The notes: a model not told the origin generated them from the letters alone. A stretch of DNA of 64,000 nt from an uncultured Methylomirabilota bacterium (GCA_963705305.1 OY970067.1:4512001-4576000); one strand, 5' to 3'. Shown: positions 27,890 to 38,973, counted from the first letter of the stretch. Program-made: numbers and translations.

Positions 27890-29891
27890 GTCCACATCCA
27901 ACGGCACCCCACGGATCGGCGTGTATATCTGCCACTGTGGAACGAATATCGCGGGCACGGTGGACGTCAAGGCCGTGACCGAGTACTGCGCCACCCTGCC
28001 GGGAGTGGCGGTGTCCAGAGACTACAAGTACATGTGCTCCGACCCCGGCCAGGAGCTGATCCAGCAGGACATCCGCGACCACCAGCTCACCCGGATCGTG
28101 GTGGCCTCCTGCTCTCCCCTGCTGCACGAACATACCTTCCGCCACGCCGTCGCACAGGGCGGGTTGAATCCCTATTACTTTCAGATGGTCAACATCCGGG
28201 AGAACGTGTCCTGGGTGAACCCGGATCCGCCGGCGGCCACCGCGAAGGCCAAGGATCTGCTGCGGGCCGCCATCTACCGGGTGGCCCTGCACAAGGCCCT
28301 GGAGCCCAAGCAGGTGCCCATCAACCCCAACGTCCTGGTGGTGGGAGGCGGCATTGCGGGCATCCATGCCGCCCTGACCCTGGCCAATGCCGGCAAGCAC
28401 GTCATCCTGGTGGAGCGCGAGCCGACCATCGGCGGGCACATGGCCATGTTCGACAAGACCTTCCCGACCCTCGACTGCGCCGCCTGCATCCTGACCCCCA
28501 AGATGTCCGCGGTGAAGTGCCACCCGAACATCACCCTCTGGACCTACTCCGAGGTCACCCAGGTGGACGGATTCGTGGGGAGCTACAAGGTGCGGGTCCG
28601 GCGCAAGCCCCGCTACGTCAAGGAGGATCTCTGCATCGGCTGCCTGGAGTGCATCACCGCCTGCATCTACAAGGACGCCAGGTTCCCCGACGATTTCAAC
28701 CAGGGGCTGAGCAAGCGCAAGCCCGTCTACATCCCGTTCCCGCAGGCGACCCCCCAGGTCGTGCTGTTCGATCCGGAATCCTGCATCCAGCTCAAGTCCG
28801 GCAAGTGCAAGCAGGCCTGCGTGGACAGTTGCGATCGGGATGCCATCGATTTCGGACAGACGGAGGAGATCAAGGAGATCGAGGTCGGCACCATCATCCT
28901 GGCCACCGGCTTCCAGGCCTTCGATGCCAGCCGCCTCCCCTACTACGGCTACGGCGTCTACCCCAACGTCTACACCGCCCTGGAGGTCGAGCGGCTCATC
29001 AACGCCTCCGGCCCGACCGGGGGTGAGGTCGTGCTGCGCGACGGGCGGAAGCCCCAGACGGTGGGAATCATCCACTGCGTCGGCTCCCGCGATGAGAAGA
29101 CCAACCGCTGGTGCTCCCGGGTCTGCTGCATGTACTCGCTGAAGCTGGCCCACCTCGTGAAGGAGCACACCGGCGCCGAGGTGTACAACTTCTACATCGA
29201 CATGCGCACTCCCGGAAAGAGCTACGAGGAGTTCTACGACAAGCTGCTGAAAGAGGGAACGCACTTCATCCGGGGCCGTGTGGCGGAGGTCACCGACTGG
29301 GCCCGGTCGCCCGAGGAGGAGGGCAAGCTGGTGGTGCGCGTGGAGGACACGCTCGTCGGCACCGTCCGCCGCATCCCCCTCGACATGGTCATCCTGTCCG
29401 TGGGGCTGGAGCCGCGAGCCGACTCGCAGGAGATCCGGCGAATGTTCAACATCTCCTGCTCGACGGAGGGGTTCTTCCTGGAGCGCCATCCGAAGCTGGC
29501 CCCGGTGAACACCTTCACCGACGGGATCTTCATCGCGGGGGCCTGCCAGGGTCCCCGGGACATCCCGGATACGGTGGCCCAGGCGGGGGCCGCGGCCGCC
29601 GAGGCCCTGGTGCTCATCGACACGGGCCACGTGGAGCTGGAGCCCAATACCGCCTTCATCGTCGAGGAGGAATGCTCCGGGTGCAAGTCCTGCATCTCCC
29701 TGTGCCCCTACACGGCCATCAGCTTCCTGGACGACAAGAAGAAGGCAACCATCAACGAGGCCCTCTGCAAGGGCTGCGGGACGTGCGTGGCGGCGTGCCC
29801 GTCGGGCTCGATCAAGCAGAACCTCTTCGAGGACGAAGAGATCTTCAGCGAGCTCGAGGGCCTGTTCGCACGCGATGCGGCCGCCGTCTAG
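27882..29891 (+). CDS. hdrA: Heterodisulfide reductase subunit A (canonical, HdrA-3)
   Basis: GVYICHCGTNI, KTFPTLDCAAC, inserted ferredoxin, TALEVERL, CSRVCCMYSLK, ERHPKLAPV and a C-terminal 2x[4Fe-4S] domain. Confidence 0.95.
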   Translation: MRESTSNGTPRIGVYICHCGTNIAGTVDVKAVTEYCATLPGVAVSRDYKYMCSDPGQELIQQDIRDHQLTRIVVASCSPLLHEHTFRHAVAQGGLNPYYFQMVNIRENVSWVNPDPPAATAKAKDLLRAAIYRVALHKALEPKQVPINPNVLVVGGGIAGIHAALTLANAGKHVILVEREPTIGGHMAMFDKTFPTLDCAACILTPKMSAVKCHPNITLWTYSEVTQVDGFVGSYKVRVRRKPRYVKEDLCIGCLECITACIYKDARFPDDFNQGLSKRKPVYIPFPQATPQVVLFDPESCIQLKSGKCKQACVDSCDRDAIDFGQTEEIKEIEVGTIILATGFQAFDASRLPYYGYGVYPNVYTALEVERLINASGPTGGEVVLRDGRKPQTVGIIHCVGSRDEKTNRWCSRVCCMYSLKLAHLVKEHTGAEVYNFYIDMRTPGKSYEEFYDKLLKEGTHFIRGRVAEVTDWARSPEEEGKLVVRVEDTLVGTVRRIPLDMVILSVGLEPRADSQEIRRMFNISCSTEGFFLERHPKLAPVNTFTDGIFIAGACQGPRDIPDTVAQAGAAAAEALVLIDTGHVELEPNTAFIVEEECSGCKSCISLCPYTAISFLDDKKKATINEALCKGCGTCVAACPSGSIKQNLFEDEEIFSELEGLFARDAAAV

Positions 29892-29912
29892 CCGCAGACG
29901 GGAGGTGAAATT

Positions 29913-30443
29913 TTGACTGGCCACACGAACGCAAGCAGCGCTCCGGCGCCGGTCCAGGGGTGGGAGCCCCGCATCGTCGCCTTCTTCTGCAACTGGTGCA
30001 CCTACACCGCGGCGGACCTGGCAGGGGTCTCCCGCATGAAGCACGCGCCCAACATCCGGATCATCCGGCTGATGTGCTCCGGCCGCGTGGATCCGCAGTT
30101 CATTCTGGACGCCTTTGCCAAGGGGGCCGACGGCGTGCTCATCGGCGGCTGCCACATCGGCGATTGCCATTATGCCGAGGGGAACTACAAGACCGTCCGC
30201 CGGATGCACATGCTGAAGCGGGTCCTGGAGGAGATGGGGATCGAGGAGGAGCGCTTCCGGCTCGAGTGGATCTCCGCGTCGGAAGGCGAGAAGGTCAAGC
30301 TGGTCGTCAACGACATGGTGGAGAAAGTGCGGGCCCTCGGCCCGCTGGGCCTGCCCCGGCGCTTCCTGGAATGGGATGCCGAGATGGACTCGCTGGAGCA
30401 CGCCATCGAAGGAGCCAAGGAGGTCGAGGTCCATGCCAGATAA
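29913..30443 (+). CDS. mvhD: MvhD [2Fe-2S] subunit (second copy)
   Basis: TTG start after GGAGGTG; FFCNWCTYTAAD, MCSGRVDP, GCHIGDCHY. Confidence 0.93.
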   Translation: MTGHTNASSAPAPVQGWEPRIVAFFCNWCTYTAADLAGVSRMKHAPNIRIIRLMCSGRVDPQFILDAFAKGADGVLIGGCHIGDCHYAEGNYKTVRRMHMLKRVLEEMGIEEERFRLEWISASEGEKVKLVVNDMVEKVRALGPLGLPRRFLEWDAEMDSLEHAIEGAKEVEVHAR

Positions 30444-31407
30444 GCCCAAGCTCGCGTTCTACTGGTGCGCCTCCTGCGGCGGCTGCGAGGAGTCCGTGGT
30501 CGACCTCGCCGAGGGCATCCTGGACGTCATCCAGGCCGTGGACATCATCTTCTGGCCGGTGGCCATGGACTTCAAGCGCACCGACGTGGAGGCCAGGCCG
30601 GACGGCTCCATTCTGGTCAGCATGATCAACGGAGCCATCCGCACCTCCGAGCAGGAAGAGATGGTCCGGCTGCTTCGCCGGAAGAGCCAGCTGGTGATCG
30701 CCTACGGGGCCTGCGCCCACCTGGGCGGCCTGCCGGGCCTGGCCAACCAGTTCGAGCGGGAAGAGATCCTGCGGTACGCGTACGAGGGATCGCCGTCCGT
30801 CCAGAACCCGGACAAGGTATATCCCCAGCCGCGATTCCAGGAGAACGGACGGACGGCCACGCTTCCCACGCTGTGGAACGTCGTCCGCACGCTGGACCAG
30901 GTGGTTCCCGTAGACTATTACCTGCCCGGCTGCCCTCCCACGCCGAAGCTGCTGCAGCAGGCGGTGGCAACCCTGCTGTCCGGCGAGCTTCCCCCCAAGG
31001 GGAGCGTCCTCGCCCCCGACATCGCGCTGTGCGACGAATGCCCCCGCAAGGACAGCAAGCCTACCGACGTCAAGTTCACGGAGTTCAAACGCCCGCACCT
31101 GACCCTTCTGGATCCGCAGCAATGCTTCCTGACGCAGGGGGTGGTCTGTATGGGCCCGGCCACCCGCGGGGGGTGCGAGGCCCTCTGCACCAAGGGGAAC
31201 ATGCCCTGCAGCGGATGTTTTGGCCCCACCTCGCGGGTGAGGGACCAGGGGGCAAAGATCCTCTCCTCGCTCTGCTCGAACCTCGCCGCCAACGAGGAAA
31301 AGGACATCGAGCGGGTCGTCGCCACACTTCCCGACCCGCTGGGAACGTTTTACCGGTACAGCTTGGCAGGATCCCTGCTTCGCAGACGGGTGCCGCCCCA
31401 CGCGTGA
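30433..31407 (+). CDS. mvhG: MvhG small subunit (second copy)
   Basis: WCASCGGCE, GAC, PGCPP, LCDEC, CMGPATRGGC, PCSGCFGP. Confidence 0.92.
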   Translation: MPDKPKLAFYWCASCGGCEESVVDLAEGILDVIQAVDIIFWPVAMDFKRTDVEARPDGSILVSMINGAIRTSEQEEMVRLLRRKSQLVIAYGACAHLGGLPGLANQFEREEILRYAYEGSPSVQNPDKVYPQPRFQENGRTATLPTLWNVVRTLDQVVPVDYYLPGCPPTPKLLQQAVATLLSGELPPKGSVLAPDIALCDECPRKDSKPTDVKFTEFKRPHLTLLDPQQCFLTQGVVCMGPATRGGCEALCTKGNMPCSGCFGPTSRVRDQGAKILSSLCSNLAANEEKDIERVVATLPDPLGTFYRYSLAGSLLRRRVPPHA

Positions 31408-31432
31408 GGGGAGCACAGGAGGCCACGGAGAC

Positions 31433-32956
31433 ATGCAAGAGCCCATCCAGGCGGTGTGGAATACAGCCTACACGAAGGTCAACGAGGAGTACCTCAAGCG
31501 GCGCACCATCTCGATCGATCCCATCACGCGGCTGGAAGGCCACGGCAAGATCGATATCTTCCTGGACGAGAAGGGCGAGGTGGAGCGGGCCTACTTCCAG
31601 GTTCCCGAGCTCAGGGGCTTCGAGACCTTCAGCATTGGTCGTCCCGCCGAGGACATGCCCCAGATCACCAGCCGCATCTGCGGTGTCTGTCCCACCGCAC
31701 ACCACATGGCCGGCACCCGGGCCCTGGACGACCTGTACAAGGTGCAGCCGCCCCCCACGGCCACCAAAATCCGGGAGCTGGTCTACAACACCTTCATGCT
31801 GGAGGACCACGCCCTCCACGTGTATATCCTGGGCGGGCCGGACTTCATCGTCGGCCCCCAGGCGCCCAAGGAGCTGCGAAATGTCGTGGGGGTGATCCAG
31901 AAGGTGGGCGTGGATGTCGGCAAGAAGGTGATCTCCATGCGGCGCCGGCTCCGCGAGCTCATCAGCTACTTCGGCGGCAAGGTCATCCATCCCGTCCTGG
32001 GACTGCCGGGCGGCGTCTCCAAGGGGCTCGCCGCCGAGGACCTGCCCGGCTTCAAGCAGCTGGCCGAGGACGGTGTGGAGTTTGCCCGATTCACGCTGCA
32101 GGTGTTCAAGGACCTCGTCCTGAAGAACGACCAGTACGTTAAGCTCATCACCTCGGACACCTACACCCACCGGACGTATTACATGGGCCTGGTGGACGGG
32201 CAAGACCGGGTGAGCTTCTACGACGGCAAGCTCCGTGTGGTCGACCCGGCGGGGAAGGAGTTCGCGAAGTTCTCCGCCCAGCAGTACCTGGACTATGTGG
32301 GCGAACATGTGGAGCCGTGGAGCTACGTCAAGTTCTGCTACCTCAAGCCCCTCGGCTGGAAGGGATTTATCGACGGCCCCGAGACCAGCGTCTACTCTGT
32401 GGCCCCGCTGGCCCGGCTGAACGCCGCCGACGGCATGGCAACGCCGGAGGCCCAGCAGGCCTACGAGGAGTACGTCCGCACCCTGGGCGGCAAGCCCGTG
32501 CATTACACCCTGGCCAATCACTGGGCCCGCGTGGTCGAGATGCTGCAGGCCGCGGAGCGGATCCGCGAGCTGGTGGACGATCCGGGAATCACCGGCACGG
32601 ACCTCCGGACGATCCCCACGGCAACGCCCACGGTGGGGATCGGTGTGGTGGAGGCCCCGCGGGGCACGCTGTTCCATCACTATGAGACCGATGAGCGTGG
32701 GCTCATCCGCAAGGCCAACCTCATCGTCGCCACCCAGGGAAATTCGGCGCGCATGGCCATGGGCGTGGAGAAGAGCGCCAAGGGGCTCATCCACGGCGGA
32801 CAGGCCTCCGACGGCCTGCTGAACATGGTGGAGATGGCCTTCCGGGCCTACGATCCGTGCCACGGCTGCGCCACCCACTCCCTGCCCGGACAGATGCCTC
32901 TCCGGGTGCGCATCCACGACGCCGGGGGGCGCGTCGTCCAGGAACTCACGCGGTGA
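31433..32956 (+). CDS. mvhA: MvhA large subunit (second copy)
   Basis: IDPITRLEGH; L1 RICGVCPTAH; L2 RAYDPCHGCATH plus C-terminal extension. Confidence 0.93.
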   Translation: MQEPIQAVWNTAYTKVNEEYLKRRTISIDPITRLEGHGKIDIFLDEKGEVERAYFQVPELRGFETFSIGRPAEDMPQITSRICGVCPTAHHMAGTRALDDLYKVQPPPTATKIRELVYNTFMLEDHALHVYILGGPDFIVGPQAPKELRNVVGVIQKVGVDVGKKVISMRRRLRELISYFGGKVIHPVLGLPGGVSKGLAAEDLPGFKQLAEDGVEFARFTLQVFKDLVLKNDQYVKLITSDTYTHRTYYMGLVDGQDRVSFYDGKLRVVDPAGKEFAKFSAQQYLDYVGEHVEPWSYVKFCYLKPLGWKGFIDGPETSVYSVAPLARLNAADGMATPEAQQAYEEYVRTLGGKPVHYTLANHWARVVEMLQAAERIRELVDDPGITGTDLRTIPTATPTVGIGVVEAPRGTLFHHYETDERGLIRKANLIVATQGNSARMAMGVEKSAKGLIHGGQASDGLLNMVEMAFRAYDPCHGCATHSLPGQMPLRVRIHDAGGRVVQELTR

Positions 32957-33519
32957 CGGGGCCGGTCCCCTCCACCCTCGTGGTGGGGTTGGGAAACGAC
33001 ATTCTCGGAGACGACGCCGTCGGACTCTTGGCGGCCCGGTGCCTCCGCCGGCAGTTCCCGGACCTGGAGGTCGTCGAGGCCGGCAGCGGCGGCCTGGAGC
33101 TCCTGGATCTTCTCGCGGGATGGGATTGTGCCCTCCTGCTGGACGCCGTTTTGACCGGCCGTCACCCCGCGGGGACCCTCCTGGAGTTCTCCCGTCAGGA
33201 CTTCCATCAGATCGTCGGCCCCTCGCCCCACTACGCCGGCCTCCCCGAGATGCTGCGGCTGGCCGAGTGTCTGGCCATTCCGATGCCCGCGGAGCTCTGC
33301 GTCCTCGCCATGGAAGTCGAGGATCCCTACTGTGTCCGGGAAGGGATCAGCCCCTCGGTCGCGAACGCCCTCCCCGCTTACGTGCGGCGGGGCGAAGAGA
33401 TCTTGCGGAGTTGGCGGCGCGGCTCCCGGGGACCGGGAGTCGGGTGTTTCCAGGTGACCAATGCCGACCGGACAACGCACAGTGGTCCTGGGGCTGGGCA
33501 ACCCGGTCCTCCGCGATGA
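32953..33519 (+). CDS. Hydrogenase maturation protease
   Basis: GTGA overlap; GLGNDILGDDAVG, LDAV, SPH. Confidence 0.88.
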   Translation: MTGPVPSTLVVGLGNDILGDDAVGLLAARCLRRQFPDLEVVEAGSGGLELLDLLAGWDCALLLDAVLTGRHPAGTLLEFSRQDFHQIVGPSPHYAGLPEMLRLAECLAIPMPAELCVLAMEVEDPYCVREGISPSVANALPAYVRRGEEILRSWRRGSRGPGVGCFQVTNADRTTHSGPGAGQPGPPR

Positions 33520-34012
33520 CCGGGTGGGTCTGGCGGTGGTGCGCGAGCTCAGGCGACTCCTGAGCGAAGGCCCCATCCCGGGAGTGGACGTCCTCGCCAG
33601 CACGCGGGCGGGCTTCGAGCTGATCGATCTGCTGCGCGGGTACGGGCGCGCCATCATCGTCGACTGCCTGGAAGTCCCGGACCCTTCGCCCGGATGCGTC
33701 CGTCACCTGACATTGGACCAGGTCTCCGGCAGCGCCCGGCTGATCAGCGCCCACGAAGTCAGCGTCGGTACGGCCTTTCAGCTGGCGGAGCGGATGGGGA
33801 TCCCCATGCCCGGCGAGGTGGAGATTATCGCCGTGGAAGCCGGGGACACCACCAGCATCGCCGAGGACCTCAGCCCCGCCGTCCAGGCAGCCGTGATGCC
33901 TCTGGCGCGGGAAATTTACGAAGACCTCCGCCGTTGCGCACCCGCCGACGACCCTCCCGACGACGAGGATTTCCGAAGCCGACGGGCTTTCTACTCCCCC
34001 GATCCCGAATGA
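33461..34012 (+). CDS. Hydrogenase maturation protease
   Basis: GLGNPVLRDDRVG, IVDC, SAH; SD CAGGTG. Confidence 0.88.
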   Translation: MPTGQRTVVLGLGNPVLRDDRVGLAVVRELRRLLSEGPIPGVDVLASTRAGFELIDLLRGYGRAIIVDCLEVPDPSPGCVRHLTLDQVSGSARLISAHEVSVGTAFQLAERMGIPMPGEVEIIAVEAGDTTSIAEDLSPAVQAAVMPLAREIYEDLRRCAPADDPPDDEDFRSRRAFYSPDPE

Positions 34013-34047
34013 ACCGCCCCCCCGGCGGGCGCCCACTGCCGCCGACC

Positions 34048-34110
34048 GTGAGCTGTCAGCGATCAGCCATCGGCCATTGCCCTTTTGCTCATTTTGGTTA
34101 TTGGTCATTT
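34048..34110. repeat. Degenerate 7-mer then 8-mer tandem repeats
   Basis: GTGAGCT GTCAGCG ATCAGCC ATCGGCC ATTGCCC followed by TTTTGCTC/TTTTGGTT/ATTGGTCA-like units. Confidence 0.45.
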
Positions 34111-34125
34111 GTGGAGCCATTGGAC

Positions 34126-34154
34126 TTGCCACCGATGGCTTTCCAGCCTAAAAT
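34126..34154 (+). promoter_or_regulatory. Putative sigma70 promoter of hypFCDE
   Basis: TTGCCA-17 nt-TAAAAT, ending 6 nt before ATG 34161. Confidence 0.65.
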
Positions 34155-34160
34155 AGATAG

Positions 34161-36482
34161 ATGATGTCCAATCTACGGAACATAGCGAAAATTCAGCATC
34201 TCCAGCGCATGCGGATCGTCATCCGGGGGGCCGTGCAGGGAGTGGGATTCCGCCCCTTCGCCTACCGCCTCGCCCGGGAGATGGACCTTCCGGGCTGGGT
34301 GCTGAACTCGCCCCAGGGGGTCTTTCTGGAGGTTGAGGGCGAGACCGAGCGGCTGCACGACTTCCTGCTGCGCCTGGAGAGGGAGCGCCCGCCGCGGGCG
34401 ATCATCCAGAGCCTGGAATACTCGCTCCTCCCGCCGAAAGGGTTCACCGACTTCGTGATCCGTTCCAGCGACGGGCAGGGGGCGCGGGTAACCCTGGTCC
34501 TGCCGGACATCGCCACCTGCGGGGATTGCCTGCGCGAGCTGTTCGACCCGGCAGACCGGCGGTACCGCTATCCGTTCACCAACTGTACCAACTGCGGCCC
34601 GCGCTTTTCGATCATCCGGGGCCTGCCCTACGATCGCCCCAACACCACCATGGCCTCTTTCCCCCTGTGCGAAGCCTGCCAACGCGAATATGACGACCCG
34701 GCCGATCGCCGATTCCATGCCCAGCCGACCGCCTGTCCGGTCTGTGGACCGCACCTGGAGCTCTGGGACGGGCAGGGCAGCGTCCTGGCTCTCCACCATG
34801 ACGCCCTTCTGGCCGCCGTCGTGATCATCCGCCGGGGCGGCATCCTGGCGGTCAAGGGGCTCGGCGGCTTCCATCTCCTGGTGAACGCGGCCAACGAGGA
34901 GGCCGTCCGCCTGCTGCGCGCCAGGAAGCACCGCGAAGAGAAGCCGCTGGCCATGATGTATCCGTCGCTCGAGCAGATTCGACGGGACTGCGAGGTCTCG
35001 CCCCTGGAAGAACGCCTCCTGCGCTCGCCCGAGGCCCCCATCGTCCTGCTCCGCCGTCTGGCTCGGGAAGGAGGACCCGCGACGGCCGGCCCCATTGCCC
35101 CCTCCGTCGCGCCGCGCAATCCCTGTCTGGGCGTCATGCTGCCCTATACCCCACTGCATCACCTGCTGTTGCGAGAGGCGGGCGTCCCCCTGGTGGCCAC
35201 CAGCGGGAACCTCACCGACGAGCCGATTTGCATCGACGAGCAGGAGGCGGTTCGGCGCCTGGGGTCCATCGCCGACGCCTTCCTGGTGCACAACCGGCCC
35301 ATCGCCCGCCATGTGGACGATTCCATCGCCCGCGTGATCCTGGGACGAGAGCTGGTCCTGCGCCGCGCCCGGGGATACGCCCCCCTGCCGGTCCACCTGG
35401 AGCGGCCGGTCCCATGCCTCCTGGCCGTGGGCGGGCACCTCAAGAGTGCCGTGGCCGCCTCGCTGGGGCAGGACGTCTTTCTCTCACAGCACATCGGCGA
35501 CCTGGAGACGACGGAGGCCCTGGGCGCCTTCCGGCGGGTCATCGCCGACTTCGAGTCGCTGTATGATCTCCATCCCGTGTCGGTTGCGTGCGACGTCCAT
35601 CCCGACTACCTCTCGACGCAGTTTGCCCAGCGATCCGGTCTGCCCGTCGTCCGGGTGCAGCACCACTACGCCCACGTCCTGGCCTGCATGGCCGAGAACG
35701 GATTGGCGGCGCCCGTCCTGGGGGTCTCCTGGGATGGGACGGGATACGGACTCGATCATACGCTCTGGGGGGGTGAGTTCCTGCGAATCACCGAGACGGG
35801 GTTCGAGCGGGTGGCTTCGTTTCGGTCCTTTCGCCTCCCGGGCGGTGAACGGGCCATCCGCGAGCCCCGGCGCGCCGCCCTGGGACTGCTGTACGAGCTC
35901 TTCGGAGAGGATCTGTTCCGGCAGGAGGATTTGCCCCCCGTCCGCACCTTCCCGGCCCCGGAGCGGCCCGTTCTCGCGCAGATGCTGGCGCGTCGCCTTA
36001 ACGCCCCCGCCACCACCAGCGCCGGCCGCCTGTTCGACGTCGTGGCCGCGCTCCTGGCCCTGCGGCTGGACGCCCAGTTCGAAGGGCAGGCCGCCATGGA
36101 GCTGGAATGGTCCCTCGAGGGTACCGCGACCGATGAGGCCTACCTTTTCCCGCTCACGACCGGAGAGGTGCCGGCCCTCCTGGACTGGGAGCCGGCCATC
36201 CGACAAATCCTGCAGGACCTGCGGGGCGGTCGGCCCCCGGCCACGATCGCCGCGAAGTTCCACAACGGCCTGGCGGACGCGGTGTTGACCGTGGCGAAAT
36301 GGGTCGGGGAACCCCGGGTCGTCCTGACGGGCGGTTGCTTTCAGAATCGGTATCTCACGGAGCGCACGGTTGGCCGCCTGCTGGCCGCGGGGCTCTCCCC
36401 GCTCTGGCACCAGCGCGTCCCGCCCAACGACGGCGGGATCGCCCTGGGGCAGATCCTGGCGGCGGCCCGCAGCAAGGAGTAG
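34161..36482 (+). CDS. hypF: Carbamoyltransferase HypF
   Basis: [11 protein letters not shown] acylphosphatase domain, two CxxC-x18-CxxC zinc fingers, [23 protein letters not shown]. Confidence 0.96.
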   Translation: MMSNLRNIAKIQHLQRMRIVIRGAVQGVGFRPFAYRLAREMDLPGWVLNSPQGVFLEVEGETERLHDFLLRLERERPPRAIIQSLEYSLLPPKGFTDFVIRSSDGQGARVTLVLPDIATCGDCLRELFDPADRRYRYPFTNCTNCGPRFSIIRGLPYDRPNTTMASFPLCEACQREYDDPADRRFHAQPTACPVCGPHLELWDGQGSVLALHHDALLAAVVIIRRGGILAVKGLGGFHLLVNAANEEAVRLLRARKHREEKPLAMMYPSLEQIRRDCEVSPLEERLLRSPEAPIVLLRRLAREGGPATAGPIAPSVAPRNPCLGVMLPYTPLHHLLLREAGVPLVATSGNLTDEPICIDEQEAVRRLGSIADAFLVHNRPIARHVDDSIARVILGRELVLRRARGYAPLPVHLERPVPCLLAVGGHLKSAVAASLGQDVFLSQHIGDLETTEALGAFRRVIADFESLYDLHPVSVACDVHPDYLSTQFAQRSGLPVVRVQHHYAHVLACMAENGLAAPVLGVSWDGTGYGLDHTLWGGEFLRITETGFERVASFRSFRLPGGERAIREPRRAALGLLYELFGEDLFRQEDLPPVRTFPAPERPVLAQMLARRLNAPATTSAGRLFDVVAALLALRLDAQFEGQAAMELEWSLEGTATDEAYLFPLTTGEVPALLDWEPAIRQILQDLRGGRPPATIAAKFHNGLADAVLTVAKWVGEPRVVLTGGCFQNRYLTERTVGRLLAAGLSPLWHQRVPPNDGGIALGQILAAARSKE

Positions 36483-36487
36483 ACGCG

Positions 36488-36742
36488 ATGTGTCTGGCGG
36501 TTCCCGGAAAGGTTCTCAGCATCACGGGCGAGGACCCCATGCAACGCATGGGGAAGGTGAGCTTCGGCGGGGTTCTCAAGGACGTCAATCTGGCCTGCGT
36601 CCCCGAGGCCAAGCCGGGGGATTACGTCATCGTCCATGCGGGCCTCGCCATCAGCATCCTCGACGAGGCGGAGGCGCAGGAGGTCTTCAGCTACCTCGCG
36701 GAGATGGATATCGCCAGCGGGGCGGAGGAAGCGCCGGCGTGA
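36488..36742 (+). CDS. hypC: HypC chaperone
   Basis: MCLAVPG start; [11 protein letters not shown]. Confidence 0.95.
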   Translation: MCLAVPGKVLSITGEDPMQRMGKVSFGGVLKDVNLACVPEAKPGDYVIVHAGLAISILDEAEAQEVFSYLAEMDIASGAEEAPA

Positions 36743-37836
36743 AATTCATCGACGAGTACCGCGACGGCCGCGCCGCCCAGGGGTACGCCAGGGCCATCGC
36801 CCGGGTCACCACCCGTCCCTGGACCATCATGGAGATCTGTGGCGGCCAGACGCACACCATCGTCAAGTACGGCCTGGATCAGCTCCTGCCGGACGGCATC
36901 ACCCTAGTGCACGGCCCCGGCTGCCCGGTCTGCGTCACTCCGGTGGAGCTGATCGACAAGGCGACCGAGATCGCGGCCCGGCCCGAGGTCATCTTCTGCT
37001 CCTTTGGGGATATGCTGCGGGTCCCGGGCACGTCCCACGACCTGTTCTCCGTCAAGGCCAACGGGGGGGATGTCCGGATCGTCTATTCTCCGCTGGATGC
37101 CCTGCCCATCGCGCGGGCCAACCCCGCCAGGCAGGTGGTGTTCTTCGCGGTCGGCTTCGAGACCACCGCCCCGGCCAATGCCCTGGCGGTGGCGCAGGCC
37201 AAGCGGGAGGGGCTCGGGAATTTCTCTTTACTCGTCTCCCACGTCCTCGTCCCTCCCGCCATGGAGGCCATCCTGGGATCGCCCAGAAACCGCGTCCAGG
37301 GTTTTCTGGCCGCCGGCCACGTGTGCGCCGTCATGGGCGTGACCGAATACGAGCCGATCGCCCGAAGATACCATGTCCCCATCGTGGCGACAGGCTTCGA
37401 GCCGCTGGACATCCTCCAGGGCATCTACCTGTGCGTGAAGCAGCTGGAGGAAGGCCGGGCGGAGGTGGAGAACCAGTATGCGCGATCGGTTCGCCGCGAA
37501 GGGAATCGGACTGCGCAGCAGCTCATCCGCGACGTATTTCGGGTCGTCCCCCGGAGATGGCGAGGCGTCGGCGAAATCCCGCAGAGCGGCCTGGGTCTCA
37601 GCGAGGCGTATGCCTCCTTCGACGCGGAGCAGCGGTTCGGTCCGGCCGTCGCGCAACCCGATGCGTCCTCCGAGTGCCAGAGCGGGCTGGTCCTCCAGGG
37701 CGTCCTCAAGCCCCACGAGTGCCCGGCCTTCGGAGTGCGCTGCACCCCCGAGCGCCCGCTGGGCGCGCCCATGGTCTCGTCGGAAGGGGCCTGCGCGGCC
37801 TACTACCACTACCGTCGCATCCACAAGGAGCCGTAG
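36739..37836 (+). CDS. hypD: HypD
   Basis: [36 protein letters not shown]. Confidence 0.96.
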   Translation: MKFIDEYRDGRAAQGYARAIARVTTRPWTIMEICGGQTHTIVKYGLDQLLPDGITLVHGPGCPVCVTPVELIDKATEIAARPEVIFCSFGDMLRVPGTSHDLFSVKANGGDVRIVYSPLDALPIARANPARQVVFFAVGFETTAPANALAVAQAKREGLGNFSLLVSHVLVPPAMEAILGSPRNRVQGFLAAGHVCAVMGVTEYEPIARRYHVPIVATGFEPLDILQGIYLCVKQLEEGRAEVENQYARSVRREGNRTAQQLIRDVFRVVPRRWRGVGEIPQSGLGLSEAYASFDAEQRFGPAVAQPDASSECQSGLVLQGVLKPHECPAFGVRCTPERPLGAPMVSSEGACAAYYHYRRIHKEP

Positions 37837-37839
37837 TTC

Positions 37840-38895
37840 GTGACCACGCTTCCGGAGTTCGTCCCGTCCTGCCCGAGCCCCATCGGCGACTACCCACAGG
37901 TCCTGCTCGCCCACGGCGGCGGAGGGCGGCTGATGCACCAGCTCATCGAGCAGGTGTTTCTGCCCGCTTTCCGGAATCCGCTGCTGGAGGCGCGCCACGA
38001 CGGGGCCACCCTCGAGGTCGCCGGCCGCCGATTGGCCTTCACCACGGATGCCTACGTCGTCCGACCGCTGCAGTTTCCCGGCGGGGACATCGGGACGCTG
38101 GCGGTCAACGGCACCGTGAACGATCTGGCCATGTGCGGGGCGCGCCCCCTCTACCTGAGCGCGGCGCTCATCCTCGAGGAGGGCCTGCCCATGCACACCC
38201 TTCGGGAGATCGTCCAGTCCATGCGGGAGGCCGCCCGGACGGCCGGGGTACAGATCGTCACCGGGGATACCAAGGTCGTGGATCGCGGAAAGGGTGATGG
38301 CATCTTCATCACCACGGCCGGCGTCGGCCTGATCGAGCATCCCCGGGAGATCGGACCCGCGCAGGTCCGCCGTGGCGATGTCCTCCTCCTCAACGGAGAC
38401 ATCGGACGCCACGGGATCGCGATCATGGCGGTGCGGGAGGGATTGGCTTTCGAGACCACGATCGAGAGCGACTGTGCCCCCCTGGCCGACCCCGTCCTGA
38501 CCCTGCTGGATGCCGGGGTCCAGATCCACTGTCTGCGCGACCTGACCCGCGGCGGGCTGGCCAGCGCCCTGATCGAGATCGCCGAGGCGGCCCGCGTCCA
38601 GATCGCCATCGAGGAGGCCAGGATCCCCGTGCGCGAGGATGTCCAGGGGGCCTGTGAACTGCTCGGCTTTGACCCCCTCTACGTCGCCAACGAGGGTCGC
38701 TTCGTCTGTTTCGTCCCGGCGGCCGAAGCAGAGTGGGCCCTCGCGCTCCTGCGCTCCCGTCCGCTGGGGGCGGACGCGTGCGCCATCGGCACGGTCGAAC
38801 CCCACACCTCCGGCCTGGTCACGCTGCGGAGCCGGGTCGGCGCCAGCCGCGTGGTGGATATGCTGAGCGGCGAGCAGCTCCCCAGGATCTGCTGA
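37840..38895 (+). CDS. hypE: HypE
   Basis: [21 protein letters not shown] and terminal LPRIC. Confidence 0.96.
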   Translation: MTTLPEFVPSCPSPIGDYPQVLLAHGGGGRLMHQLIEQVFLPAFRNPLLEARHDGATLEVAGRRLAFTTDAYVVRPLQFPGGDIGTLAVNGTVNDLAMCGARPLYLSAALILEEGLPMHTLREIVQSMREAARTAGVQIVTGDTKVVDRGKGDGIFITTAGVGLIEHPREIGPAQVRRGDVLLLNGDIGRHGIAIMAVREGLAFETTIESDCAPLADPVLTLLDAGVQIHCLRDLTRGGLASALIEIAEAARVQIAIEEARIPVREDVQGACELLGFDPLYVANEGRFVCFVPAAEAEWALALLRSRPLGADACAIGTVEPHTSGLVTLRSRVGASRVVDMLSGEQLPRIC

Positions 38896-38973
38896 CGCCA
38901 GCGCAGTATGTCTGTCCGACGGCACGGCCGCGCGGCCGAACCCCCGGGCACCCCCAGGCCTATATGGATGTCC

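Noticed and set aside
5480..32956. Selenocysteine recoding in the FdhF-like, HdrA, MvhD or MvhA proteins
   Set aside because: No in-frame TGA at the expected positions. The FDH ligand site is TAC and the MvhA L2 motifs use Cys.
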